Below, in pieces: positions 11,235 through 20,930 of a stretch of 64,000 nucleotides of DNA. The notes below the pieces were generated by a model. The model saw only the letters and a list, made by a program, of their open reading frames with translations, was not told where the DNA came from and searched no databases. Every line of letters starts with the position of its first letter. Position 1 is the first letter of the stretch. Source of the DNA: Cenarchaeum sp. (GTDB lineage Archaea; Thermoproteota; Nitrososphaeria; Nitrososphaerales; Nitrosopumilaceae). The translations under genes were made by a program, and so were the position numbers. The DNA lies in contig CBDESU010000002.1 of the NCBI GenBank assembly GCA_965242695.1, positions 1,568,001 through 1,632,000 on the forward strand, given 5' to 3'.

Positions 11235-12707
11235 ATGGGCGCTAGTGGACCGCGGCGGGCCGCGGCCGGGCCTTGGGCCTCGCCGCGCACGATGCTGCTA
11301 GCGCTTGCCGCCGCCTCGATCCTCGCGCCGCTTGCCGCCGTTGCGCACGGCGAGCCGGGGACGGCCGCGGTGTCCTACGGCGGCACAGAGTACGCAGTTG
11401 CATACGACACGGCCGGCGTGTCAGTCGACGCGGCGTCAGTCGACGAGGCGTTTGCGGCGCTCATTTTTGACGTGCGGGTCGACGGGCCGGGGCCCGGCAC
11501 GCTAGAGGTCGTACTCGAGAGGTCCCTGATCGACGCGCGCGACGGGGACGGCCAGGAAGACATCGAGTTCATTGTCATCTACGACGGGGGCGAGGAGACT
11601 GCCGTCGAGGAGATCGAGACGACGGATGCGAGCCGGACGATCAGGTTCTCTCTGCCGGCCGGCTCCGATGATGTCACCGTAATAGGAACGGACCTGGGGG
11701 GAGGCGGAGTCGCCGCGCCCCCAGCCGAGCCGGCACCGGCCGACGATCCACCGGCGCCCCCAGCCGAGCCGGCACCGACCGACGATCCACCGGCACCGCC
11801 GGGGCAGGATCCGCCGGCCCAAGAGCCGTTCATGGAGCCCGGCGCGGATCCCGTAGAGGACTATGTAAAGCGCTACGCGACCGAGCCCGCGTACGCGGCC
11901 TGGTTCGACGAGAACTTTGGCGGGCAGTACGGCTCGATATGCGAGGCGGTCGGGCTCGGCGAAGGATGCGTCGAGGAGTACAGCGCGGCGGCGGCCGCAG
12001 CCGCAGCGGCCGAGGCGGCCGCCGTTGCCGAGCAGATGCAGCAGGCGCCGCCGTCGGCTCCCTCGGGACCGGAAAGCTTTGTCGATCCGGCCGCCAACCC
12101 GTACGAAGAGTACGTAAAGCGGTACGTGGAGGATGCCGGGTTCCGTGCGTGGTTTGACGAGTCGTACCCCGACAGGCCGTTCTGCGACGCGGTCGGCCTA
12201 GAGGACGGATGCATAGAGGTCTACAACGTGCGGGCCGCCGCGGCGGCGGAAGAGGTGGAGCGCCTGGCCCGCGAGGTCGCAGAGGCGGAGGCGGCCGCCG
12301 CAGAGGCAGAGGCCGCAGCGGCGGCCGCGGCCGCGGCCGCCGAGGCGGACGCCGCGGCCCTGCGGGCCCTAGAGGAGTCGTGCGGCGAGGGGACCGTCCT
12401 GCGGGACGGCGCATGCGTGGCCCTGCCGCCCCCGCGTGACCCTGTCGGCAGCGGCCGCGAGCTGGCGACCGGACTGGTCGCCGCGTTCGTCATTGCGCTC
12501 GCCGCCGGCGCCGCTTTCTGGCTGCTCCACCGGGCCGGCAGGCGGGGGCGGCCGCAGGAGGGAGCCGCCGAAGGCGGCGGCGCTGCGCCAGCCGGCCCCG
12601 GCGCCGGAATGGCCGCCGCTTCTGTGCCGTCCGGCGGCTGGGGCGCCGCGCCGCGGGGCGGCGATGCGGGCGACGACGAGCCGCGCGGCCGCGGCACGAT
12701 AGTCTAG
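11235..12707 (+). CDS. Secreted, C-terminally membrane-anchored thaumarchaeal surface protein with two FVDP...YVxRY...WF...CxAVGL modules
   Basis: Signal peptide; GTLEVVLERSLIDA beta-sandwich domain as in thaumarchaeal PEFG-type proteins; Pro- and Ala-rich linkers; CGEGTVLRDGACV motif; TM helix followed by basic residues. Confidence 0.7.
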   Translation: MGASGPRRAAAGPWASPRTMLLALAAASILAPLAAVAHGEPGTAAVSYGGTEYAVAYDTAGVSVDAASVDEAFAALIFDVRVDGPGPGTLEVVLERSLIDARDGDGQEDIEFIVIYDGGEETAVEEIETTDASRTIRFSLPAGSDDVTVIGTDLGGGGVAAPPAEPAPADDPPAPPAEPAPTDDPPAPPGQDPPAQEPFMEPGADPVEDYVKRYATEPAYAAWFDENFGGQYGSICEAVGLGEGCVEEYSAAAAAAAAAEAAAVAEQMQQAPPSAPSGPESFVDPAANPYEEYVKRYVEDAGFRAWFDESYPDRPFCDAVGLEDGCIEVYNVRAAAAAEEVERLAREVAEAEAAAAEAEAAAAAAAAAAEADAAALRALEESCGEGTVLRDGACVALPPPRDPVGSGRELATGLVAAFVIALAAGAAFWLLHRAGRRGRPQEGAAEGGGAAPAGPGAGMAAASVPSGGWGAAPRGGDAGDDEPRGRGTIV

Positions 12708-12717
12708 CGCGCAGCAT

Positions 12718-13236
12718 CTAGCACGAAAAGGCGCCGCCCGGGCTCATCGCCTCGTAGAAGTCCGCGGCGGGGTACGTCCGCGACGTCTCGAGCGGTATGA
12801 ACCCGAGGAGGGGAACGGTGGCGGACACGGCTACCTCCATCCTGGCGGGGTCGAGCCTGACGTCGACCATGCCTCCCATCTGGCTGTCCATGTGCAGGAA
12901 CATGTACTGCGACTCGGCGTACATCTCGGAGGCGAACCGCCCGCCGAGCTCGACTGCCTCGTACGGCGGCAGCGTGGCCGCCGGCGTCCGGTACGTCCCC
13001 TTTAGGTCGCCCTGGTAGTAGGTCGCGATCTCGATGCCGCTTACAGTGGCGGGGAGCGGGGCCGCGTTGCACGCCTCGATCGCCCCGCCGTTGCTCAGCC
13101 CGAACATGCTAAACTCCTCGCCGCCGGCGGCCCTCAGCTGCACGTGATCGAACGCGGCCAGGCTCCACGCGGCGTACGCGGGCGGGGCCGCTATGGCTAG
13201 GGCAGCCGCTATGGCGACGGCCAGGCGGGCGTCCAA
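12718..13236 (-). CDS. Conserved thaumarchaeal hypothetical protein with N-terminal membrane anchor
   Basis: Coding-like C-terminal part of ORF 12718-14106 from TTG 13236: hydrophobic N-terminus, then a beta-rich domain (IEACN...GIEIATYYQG...VPLLGFIP). Confidence 0.6.
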   Translation of the reverse strand: MDARLAVAIAAALAIAAPPAYAAWSLAAFDHVQLRAAGGEEFSMFGLSNGGAIEACNAAPLPATVSGIEIATYYQGDLKGTYRTPAATLPPYEAVELGGRFASEMYAESQYMFLHMDSQMGGMVDVRLDPARMEVAVSATVPLLGFIPLETSRTYPAADFYEAMSPGGAFSC

Positions 13237-13253
13237 CGCGGCGCGGCACCCCC

Positions 13254-13982
13254 TCACACGACGATCACGCCGGCGCGCAGGAGGTACTGGAGGCTCGCGC
13301 CGTACGCATCGTCGTCTATCATGCCGTCGACCCACCACTGCGCGCCCTGCTTGACCCATGCGGGTATGGACACGGGCGATCCATCCTCGACGTCCGCCCC
13401 TGCCGCATCCGCCTCCTCCGCCCCAGCCCCGGCGCCGACGTCGATGATCCCGCTCCTGATCAGGTATCCGATCGACGACGCGTACGTCTCGTCGCCTATC
13501 CTGTCGGCGGTCCACAGCCTCGTGGTGTCCCTTATCCAGGACGGTATGACGATCCTGCCCGAGTCTAGCAGCGTAAACTCCGCCTCGTCCGATGCGCCGC
13601 CGTACTCGATGCGCAGCGTGTACAGGCCGGTCGGGTAGGGCGCGTCGGGGTACTGCTCTGGCGGCGGGCTGAACGGGGCCGGCGACGTCGAGACCGTCCG
13701 GGCGCCCGCGAGCGGGATGGGCACGGGCGAGCTGGTCCTGCCGTTCTCGTGGGTGATGTAGAGGTACGCGACATCTCCGCCGCCCGCGCCTGGCGCGCCT
13801 ACAGTGAACGACAGGTGGTCGCCGTAGTAGTACACCTCGCTCGATGCCTCTATGGAGACGGATCGCCCCGGCTCGCCCTCGGCAGCCTCCGCGGCGGGGG
13901 CGGCGGTTAGGGACAGGGCGGCAACGGCGGCGGCGAGCAGCGCCGCGCCGGCGGTAGGACCCGCCGCCCTGAAGCGTCCCAC
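13254..13982 (-). CDS. Secreted thaumarchaeal protein with two C-terminal IPxW(I/V)K/R...WW...I..LI..GII repeats
   Basis: Signal peptide; IPSWIRDTTRLW...IGYLIRSGII and IPAWVKQGAQWW...LQYLLRAGVIVV; TATA-like TATTTATT on the minus strand near 14004-14011. Confidence 0.75.
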   Translation of the reverse strand: MGRFRAAGPTAGAALLAAAVAALSLTAAPAAEAAEGEPGRSVSIEASSEVYYYGDHLSFTVGAPGAGGGDVAYLYITHENGRTSSPVPIPLAGARTVSTSPAPFSPPPEQYPDAPYPTGLYTLRIEYGGASDEAEFTLLDSGRIVIPSWIRDTTRLWTADRIGDETYASSIGYLIRSGIIDVGAGAGAEEADAAGADVEDGSPVSIPAWVKQGAQWWVDGMIDDDAYGASLQYLLRAGVIVV

Positions 13983-14406
13983 GGCCGCACGCCGCGGATG
14001 CGCAATAAATACCGCGGCGCGGCGAGGTGGTACCGCGAGCGCGGCAAAGCGCGACATCGGGGGATGCCGGCATCGATGCCGCGCGACGGCCTGGGGCGCA
14101 AGGCATGCGGGTGCTATCCTCCCGCTCGGGACGAGGCGAAGCCCCAGGCCTTCGGTGGGGGGAGGGGACCGGGCGTCGCGCGGACGCACGGACCCTGCAG
14201 CGCCGTCCTGCGAATCAAGAGCACGTGAAAGCAGGCTAGTGGCCGGGGCCTTCTATAGCGACGGACTTTGCTGTGTTCATGTTGCGCTTTCTCTAGGCAT
14301 ACGGGTGACAGCGTTTGTGGGGGGCGCGTGAGGGTTGCGCGTGCCTCTTGACGATCAAAGTCAACCAGAGCTCGCCCGGACTAACTGAAGCCACCTAGAG
14401 CCGCCG

Positions 14407-14667
14407 CTATAGGTGCTTTCTTACAAGCAGGTTTCCGTATGGTGTCAGAGACAGCACCTTCATGCTCTTTCCGTGGTCCGTGAGGACTCCCTTCTTGACA
14501 AGCCTTCTCGCTAGGGAGTCAAACTTTGCCTTCTCGTGCCTATGCGACGCCATCTTTTGCCAGCCGATGCTTTTTCGTACATCATGGATGCTCCTGTACC
14601 TGCCTGCAACAAGCCCGTTTTGATGCATGCGGATGAGTATGTCCATCTCAATGCCCCTGAGATCCAC
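14407..14667 (-). CDS. Small basic protein, possible winged helix
   Basis: 86-aa lower-GC ORF ending LVKKGVL...LSLTPYG, a wHTH-wing-like motif; divergent AT-rich promoter at 14691-14705. Confidence 0.5.
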   Translation of the reverse strand: MDLRGIEMDILIRMHQNGLVAGRYRSIHDVRKSIGWQKMASHRHEKAKFDSLARRLVKKGVLTDHGKSMKVLSLTPYGNLLVRKHL

Positions 14668-14719
14668 GCCTAGTGCCTGTCAGGCAAGCCATATATTTGA
14701 TATTTCCGGGCGCCCCCTC

Positions 14720-15283
14720 GTGGAGGTTCGCGGCGACAGGATCAACCTGCCGGTGGCATGCAACAAGTCCATGAGGCTCATCGCGGGGGGCAGCCACACC
14801 CGCGAGGCCATCTCTGCAAGAACCGGCCTCAGCGTCAAGGCGGTCGATCTCATACGGGCCGCCATGTCGCGGCAGGGCGCCACTGCCGAAAGGGGGTGGG
14901 AGTCGCTCCCCGATGCGGCAAGGTTCGCGCTCATAAAGTCCGAGTACTACCCGACCCCTACAAAGGACACCTGGATCATGGCCCGCCTCTTGGCGGACGG
15001 GGCGACGGGCCCGGGCTCGGCAGTGCGCATGCCCATGGATCGCGGCATGCGCGACCTAGTCCGATGGGGCCATGTCTGCAGGGACGACGACGGCGGCTTC
15101 TATCTGGTCGGCATGGGCCCCGGGCTGGCGCAGGAGATCCTGTCGATGTACCCAGAGATAGGGAGACCCTCGTTTTCAAAGTCGGGAGGGGCAGGGAAGA
15201 GGGCTCGCAGGCTGGTGGGGGCGGTGTCGCCCGTGGCGCCGCCTGGCGTGAAGCTGGGTCGGAAGGAGGCGCATGCACAATGA
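14720..15283 (+). CDS. Hypothetical protein with N-terminal HTH-like segment
   Basis: AISARTGLSVKAVDLI helix-turn-helix pattern; similar N-terminus in ORF 45577-45873; stop overlaps next ATG (ATGA). Confidence 0.5.
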   Translation: MEVRGDRINLPVACNKSMRLIAGGSHTREAISARTGLSVKAVDLIRAAMSRQGATAERGWESLPDAARFALIKSEYYPTPTKDTWIMARLLADGATGPGSAVRMPMDRGMRDLVRWGHVCRDDDGGFYLVGMGPGLAQEILSMYPEIGRPSFSKSGGAGKRARRLVGAVSPVAPPGVKLGRKEAHAQ

Positions 15284-15795
15284 CGCGCGTGCGCTCCATA
15301 CTGTTCGAGTGCAGCTGCTACCGTGGAAAGGCATCGCACGAGCGCTGCAGGGCGGTCGAGGAGCACGTAATGGGGTGCGTCGAGGATGCATGCGGACTGG
15401 AGTCTGCGACCATGAGGGAGCTTGACATGGGCGACGGCATTGTCCAGCCGACCGTCGAGCTCGTGTATTCCAAGGGAAACTATCGCAAGCTCATCCCGAT
15501 GGCCGACGAGGCGCTGCGCGAGATCGGGATCGTGGCGGTCAAGGCACTCGTGTCTAGCGTGGCATCGCACGCAGTAGAAGGCGTCATTGCGGGCGCGGGC
15601 GCGGGATGGCTGGCAGGAAGCGCCGCGGCGCGCGGGTCAAGCGGCGGCCGAACCGACGCCGCCGTGCTGGCCGGAACGGTGATCGGCGCTGCACTCGGGG
15701 CGATCGGCGGAAGTCTGGCCAAGGAGAGGTCGCTGAGCCATGTCGCCACAAGGCACGCCGGCGGGTGGGCCGTCAAGAACTTCCCGACAACATGA
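15280..15795 (+). CDS. Hypothetical protein with C-terminal glycine-zipper helices
   Basis: GVIAGAGAGWLAG and AGTVIGAALGAIGG GxxxG repeats; translationally coupled to the upstream gene. Confidence 0.55.
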   Translation: MTRVRSILFECSCYRGKASHERCRAVEEHVMGCVEDACGLESATMRELDMGDGIVQPTVELVYSKGNYRKLIPMADEALREIGIVAVKALVSSVASHAVEGVIAGAGAGWLAGSAAARGSSGGRTDAAVLAGTVIGAALGAIGGSLAKERSLSHVATRHAGGWAVKNFPTT

Positions 15796-15988
15796 CGGCG
15801 CCGGCCGCGCGGCATGCGAAACGCCTCGGGCCTCCAAGGCCGCCGCGCAGCACATGCCGGCTGCCTGGCGGGCCGCTCGCTGCGCGGCGCCGACTGGCCG
15901 GCTCTGGGAGCTGCGCGGCGCCGGCCGATCCCGAGCTGCGCCGCGGGCCGGGCTAATCGCTATAAGCCCGTGCCGTGCGGCCAAGCCC

Positions 15989-18900
15989 ATGCCCGCGGCC
16001 GCAGGGGAGGGGGGCGGTTCGGCCGGCCTGTGCCCCGATGCCGCCCGCATCGAGGTGGACTTGACGGGCCTGGGGGACGACAAAAAGGCCCGCATCAAGT
16101 GCGCCAGGGCGTACGCAGACTGCGGCAGGCGGCACGGGGAGGGGGGCAGGCTGGCGGACGCGGAAGAGTGCCTTGGGCGGGCCGTGCGCCTGCACGGCAT
16201 GTGGGCCGAGTGCTCGGATGCGTGCGGCCGGATCGCGGCACGGCTGGAGGAGGGCGGCGGCAGCGGCAGGCTGTCCGATGCCGTCGTGTGGTACGGAAAG
16301 GCGGTCGAGTACGCGGACGGGGCGCTCGGCGCGGGGGCCTCGGGGAATGCCCGAAAGGAAAAGAAGCACAGGAAGCGGAGGTTAAAGTGGGCCTCTGAGT
16401 GCATCCGGTGCTGGGACGCCCTGGCGGGCGGCGCGCAGCGGCTGCCGCCGCAGGGGGCGGAGCTGGACGGGCCGTTCGGGGCGGCGGACGCGGCTGCCGG
16501 GGGCGACGGCAGGAGGCGCGCAGGGCTGCGCGTGCAGATGGGGGACATTGAGTTGGGGCGGGGCAGGCTAGGCGCCGCGGCCGAGTGGTATGGCAGGGCC
16601 TTGGAGATCGACCCGGGAAGCGAGCGGGCCGCGCTCGGCGCTGCTAGGGCCCTTGAGCGGGACGGGCAGTGGGGCGGCGCCTCGGCGCAGTATGAAAGGG
16701 CCGCCGCGGCGGTCCCGCACCTGCGCGAAGAGTGCGCCGCGGGGTGCGCCAGGTGCGCCCTTGAATTAGAATCGGCCGGCAGCCATGCCGATGCGCTGAG
16801 GGCCGCCGAGTCGGCCGCCAAGCTGGACGCCTCGCATGCGCTCAAGTGCGCAGGCATGCACCGGACGAGGGCGGATGCGCTTGCTCATACATGGCGGGAC
16901 GGGGAAGGGGCGGCCGTGGGCGGCCGTGCGAACGATGCCGCCTCCCACTACGGCAAGGCGGTCGAGTGGTACCTGCGGGTCGCCGAGCCGGCCAAGGCGG
17001 CCAAGGGGTGCGCGCAGTGCGCTCGCGCACTCGATCGCATGGGGCTGACCAAAGAGTCCCTTTCCGCACTCGAGGCGGCCGCCAAGCTGGACGCCTCGCA
17101 TGCGCTCAAGTGCGCAGGCATGCACCGGACGAGGGCGGATGCGCTTGCGCGTAGGGGGGATGAACAGGGGACATCGGGCGCGGAAGCGGCGGCCGGGGGC
17201 GGACCTGACGCGGACGCTGCGGGCAATGCCGCCTCCCACTACGGCAGGGCGGTCGAGTGGTACCTGCGGGTCGCCGAGCCGGCCAAGGCGGCCAAGGGGT
17301 GCGCGCAGTGCGCTCGCGCGCTCGACCGCATGGGCCTGCCCGAAGAGGCCCTGAAGGCCATCGAGGCGGCCGCCAAGCTGGACGCCTCGCATGCGCTCAA
17401 GTGCGCAGGCATGCACCGCAGGCGAGGCGACGATCTGGCTAAGCGGCGGACAAAAGGCGCGCGCGGGGCAGGTACGCTGTCGGAGGCGGACGGAGGAAAA
17501 GGCGAGCATGAAAGGGGACTTGCGGCAAAAGGACGCGGCGCAAACGATGCCGCCTCCCACTACGGCAGGGCGGTCGAGTGGTACCTGCGGGCGGCCAAGG
17601 CGGACCGCGCGGGGGGACGAAATGCAGAGGCGGCCAAGGGGTGCGCGCAGTGCGCTCGCGCGCTAGACCGCATGGGCCTGCCCGGCGAGGCCCTGTCCGC
17701 AATCGAGGCGGCCGCCGATCTTGGCGGCGGCGCATATGCGCAAGAGTGCGGAGCGCGCTGCGGGCGGCTGGCCGACGGGCTTGCGAAGGAGGGGGGCGGT
17801 CCCTCGAGGGAGGCAAGAAAGATGTACGACAGGGCCCTCGCACGCTACAGGACAGCGGCGGCCGCCGGCGGCCTTGGCGCCTCGCGCGCCCTGCTTGACG
17901 CTGCCGCAGTGTGCATAAAGCTCGGCCAGTACGCCAGGGCGGCCGAAGCGTTCAACGATGCGCACAGGATCGGCGGAGGCGACCTGCGGGCCGAATGCGT
18001 CGACGGAATATGCGAGTGCGCCTGCGGGCTCGCCGCCCTCTGCGACGGCAAGGGAGTCGACAGGTGCCTCGAACTGGATGTCATGGCCGACCAGCAGGAT
18101 CGCCTCAAGTGCGCTGAACGCTGCTTGAATCTGGGCCGCCGCGAGTACGAAAACGGCCGGTACAAGCAGGCGGCGTCGTGCTATGCCGCGGCCGTCTCTA
18201 TCGACGGCGATGACATGGCGGCGCGGCTCGGCATGGCCGGCTCGCTTGCCCGGCTGGACCGCCACGAAGAGGCCTCCAAGCAGTACGAGATCATCGCGGA
18301 GCGCGGCGGCGAGCACGCGACAGCGGCCCTGTTCGGCCTGGCCGGCTTGCACGAGGCGGCCGGCCGGTACGGGCAGGCGGCCGCATCCCTTGCGGGGGCG
18401 GCCGAGGCCGATCCGGCCCGGGCTGCCGAGTGCGCGGTACGCTGCTTGAAGATGGGCCGCCGCGAGTACGAAAACGGCCGGTACAAGCAGGCGGCGTCGT
18501 GCTATGCCGCGGCCGTCTCTATCGACGGCGATGACATGGCGGCGCGGTTCGGCATGGCCGGCTCGCTTGCCCGGCTGGACCGCCACGAAGAGGCCTCCAA
18601 GCAGTACGAGATCGTCGCGGAGCGCGGCGGCGAGCACGCGACAGCGGCCCTGCTTGGACTGGCCGGCTCGCTTGCCCGGCTGGACCGCCACGAAGAGGCG
18701 ATCGGGCACTACGGGATCGTCGCGGAGCGCGGCGGCGAGCACGCGACAGCGGCCCTGCTTGGACTGGCCGGCTCGCTTGCCCGGCTGGACCGCCACGAAG
18801 AGGCGATCGGGCACTACGGGATCGTCGCGGAGCGCGGCGGCGAGCACGCGACAGCGGCCCTGTTCGGCCTGGCCGGCTTGCACGAGGCGGCCGGCCGGTA

Positions 18901-20884
18901 CGGGCAGGCGGCCGCATCCCTTGCGGGGGCGGCCGAGGCCGATCCGGCCCGGGCTGCCGAGTGCGCGGTACGCTGCTTGAAGCTGGGCCGCCGCGAGTAC
19001 GAAAACGGCCGGTACAAGCAGGCGGCGTCGTGCTATGCCGCGGCCGTCTCTATCGACGGCGATGCCATGGCGGCGCGGCTTGGACTGGCCGACTCGTGGC
19101 GCATGGACGGCAGGGGCAGCGATGCACTGCGCGAGTACTCTGGCATCAGGCGGGCCGGCGATGCGGGCCAGAGGGCGCGCGCATACATCGGGATTGCGCG
19201 CCTCTTGGCCGAAGAGTCGCGGCATGCGGATGCCGCCGGCCTCGCCTGCATGGCAGCCAAGGCGGCAGAGGAGGCGGGCGGCATCGCCGCTTGCAGCGCA
19301 GAATGCTCCGCCCTCTGCGCCGAATGCGGCGATGCCATGCAGGGGCGGGGGCTGCGCGGCGGCGCGTACGAGTGCTACGCAATGGGGCTGTCTGTCGACC
19401 CACGCAATCCCTGCGCCAACTGCGGCATTGGCGATCACATGGCGGGGCGGGGGCTGTACCAGGATGCGCTCCGGCACTACGAGGCGGCGCTGGATAAGGA
19501 CGGGGACATGATCAGGGCGCTTGTCGGCGCCGGCGCCGTGCTGTGCGAGCTTGCAAGGGGTGCGCCGCCGTCCGGAGGTACTATCCACAGCTACGATGAT
19601 GCAGAGCGCATGTTTGAGTGGGCCTTGGCGATCGAGCCGGAAAACTTTTTGGCCCACATGGGAGCCGGCAGGGCCAGCCTTGGCAGGAAAAACGACGGGC
19701 TTGAAAGCGCCGTGTCCCACTTTTGCAACGCGGCGGCACTGCGCCCCGACGACAAGGATGCCCACATGGGCGCCGGCGAAGCGCTCCGAATGCTGGCGCG
19801 ATTCCACACGGACCGCGACATGCCTGAAAAGGCATCCGAGTGCTACGGACGGGCAATGGGGCACTACGAGCGCGCCATGTCGGCGCCGGGATCGGGCGGG
19901 ATCCTTGCCCCGGGCTACTGGAAGGGTGTGTGCATGCTGCACCTGGAGCAGGACGGAAAAAAGGCTAGGGCGTTCATGAGGGGCATGCTGAAACGCGCGA
20001 TCCCTAGGGGCAGCGCCGACCACGACTTTTGCGGCAAAATCTGCGACATTTTGGGCGACTACGAAAAGGCATGCGCGCATTACGTAGAGTCTATGAAGGG
20101 CAGCGCGCTGTACCCTGATGGCTTTTACAAGACAATCGACGGGGACAGGATACACGCGGGCAGTATGATACCCGCCGGGCTCGGGGCGGCCGGCGAGGTG
20201 GCAAAGGCGGGAGGCCACGGCACACGCGCAGGAACCGGGGATCCGGATGCTGGCGGCGTGCAGATCGCATACGTGTTGGATGCCAATGTCATAATAGACT
20301 GTGCGGCTGAATCTGATCGAAACTTGGACGATGACGTCGCAAGCGCCATCGTAAAGGGCATCAAGAACGGGGACTGCCGCCTGCCGCAGGCGGCCTTTGA
20401 CGAGGCGTATGGAGTAATGAAGAACTGGGAATATAGTGATCTTGGCGCGCAGTTGCGCTCTTGGGGCGCCGAGCTCGAGTCTATGCGAAGCCGCCGCGGG
20501 GCGGATCAGTGCATGAAAAGGGCTAGAGGGGCGCTAATGATCGCCTGGCTGTACTCGAGTAAAAAGGCCAAGGAGAGGTGGCGCAACCGCAAGTTCGGCA
20601 GCGGCAAGGCGCCCTATGGCGGGGGGCCGCCAACGGGAAGGGATGTGGAGATACTCGCAACGGCGGTGCACCTGGCGGATACGGGAGGCACGTCAGGGCC
20701 ATGCCCCGTGGTCCTAGTCACGTCGGATTCGGACTTTCTCGACTTTGCGTACTACATACGCGAGGTGCTGTCCATCGAAGTGGAGCGGCCCGAATCGGCG
20801 GCTGGGCTGCTCGTCCGAGCCGCCCGCGAAAGGGAACTACGGGAGGAGCTTGGCAAACGGATGGCGGGGGGAGGATCGGGCTAG
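15989..20884 (+). CDS. Large Cys-rich TPR-repeat protein with C-terminal PIN-like nuclease domain
   Basis: TATAAG at 15961. Many TPR-like units (AAEWYGRALEIDP, AASCYAAAVSIDG, FEWALAIEPEN). C-terminus YVLDANVII...AFDEA...GRDVEILATA...VLVTSDSDF carries the PIN acidic residues. Confidence 0.8.
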   Translation: MPAAAGEGGGSAGLCPDAARIEVDLTGLGDDKKARIKCARAYADCGRRHGEGGRLADAEECLGRAVRLHGMWAECSDACGRIAARLEEGGGSGRLSDAVVWYGKAVEYADGALGAGASGNARKEKKHRKRRLKWASECIRCWDALAGGAQRLPPQGAELDGPFGAADAAAGGDGRRRAGLRVQMGDIELGRGRLGAAAEWYGRALEIDPGSERAALGAARALERDGQWGGASAQYERAAAAVPHLREECAAGCARCALELESAGSHADALRAAESAAKLDASHALKCAGMHRTRADALAHTWRDGEGAAVGGRANDAASHYGKAVEWYLRVAEPAKAAKGCAQCARALDRMGLTKESLSALEAAAKLDASHALKCAGMHRTRADALARRGDEQGTSGAEAAAGGGPDADAAGNAASHYGRAVEWYLRVAEPAKAAKGCAQCARALDRMGLPEEALKAIEAAAKLDASHALKCAGMHRRRGDDLAKRRTKGARGAGTLSEADGGKGEHERGLAAKGRGANDAASHYGRAVEWYLRAAKADRAGGRNAEAAKGCAQCARALDRMGLPGEALSAIEAAADLGGGAYAQECGARCGRLADGLAKEGGGPSREARKMYDRALARYRTAAAAGGLGASRALLDAAAVCIKLGQYARAAEAFNDAHRIGGGDLRAECVDGICECACGLAALCDGKGVDRCLELDVMADQQDRLKCAERCLNLGRREYENGRYKQAASCYAAAVSIDGDDMAARLGMAGSLARLDRHEEASKQYEIIAERGGEHATAALFGLAGLHEAAGRYGQAAASLAGAAEADPARAAECAVRCLKMGRREYENGRYKQAASCYAAAVSIDGDDMAARFGMAGSLARLDRHEEASKQYEIVAERGGEHATAALLGLAGSLARLDRHEEAIGHYGIVAERGGEHATAALLGLAGSLARLDRHEEAIGHYGIVAERGGEHATAALFGLAGLHEAAGRYGQAAASLAGAAEADPARAAECAVRCLKLGRREYENGRYKQAASCYAAAVSIDGDAMAARLGLADSWRMDGRGSDALREYSGIRRAGDAGQRARAYIGIARLLAEESRHADAAGLACMAAKAAEEAGGIAACSAECSALCAECGDAMQGRGLRGGAYECYAMGLSVDPRNPCANCGIGDHMAGRGLYQDALRHYEAALDKDGDMIRALVGAGAVLCELARGAPPSGGTIHSYDDAERMFEWALAIEPENFLAHMGAGRASLGRKNDGLESAVSHFCNAAALRPDDKDAHMGAGEALRMLARFHTDRDMPEKASECYGRAMGHYERAMSAPGSGGILAPGYWKGVCMLHLEQDGKKARAFMRGMLKRAIPRGSADHDFCGKICDILGDYEKACAHYVESMKGSALYPDGFYKTIDGDRIHAGSMIPAGLGAAGEVAKAGGHGTRAGTGDPDAGGVQIAYVLDANVIIDCAAESDRNLDDDVASAIVKGIKNGDCRLPQAAFDEAYGVMKNWEYSDLGAQLRSWGAELESMRSRRGADQCMKRARGALMIAWLYSSKKAKERWRNRKFGSGKAPYGGGPPTGRDVEILATAVHLADTGGTSGPCPVVLVTSDSDFLDFAYYIREVLSIEVERPESAAGLLVRAARERELREELGKRMAGGGSG
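18110..19090 (+). repeat. Near-identical intragenic TPR-encoding DNA repeats (321-nt and 105-nt units)
   Basis: GGGCCGCCGCGAGTACGAAAACGGCCGGTACAAGCAGGCGGCGTCGTGCTATG occurs at about 18133, 18454 and 18985. Confidence 0.85.
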
Positions 20885-20930
20885 GCCCTGGCCTGCGACA
20901 CGGCGCACACGGTGCCCTGCCTTGACGGGT

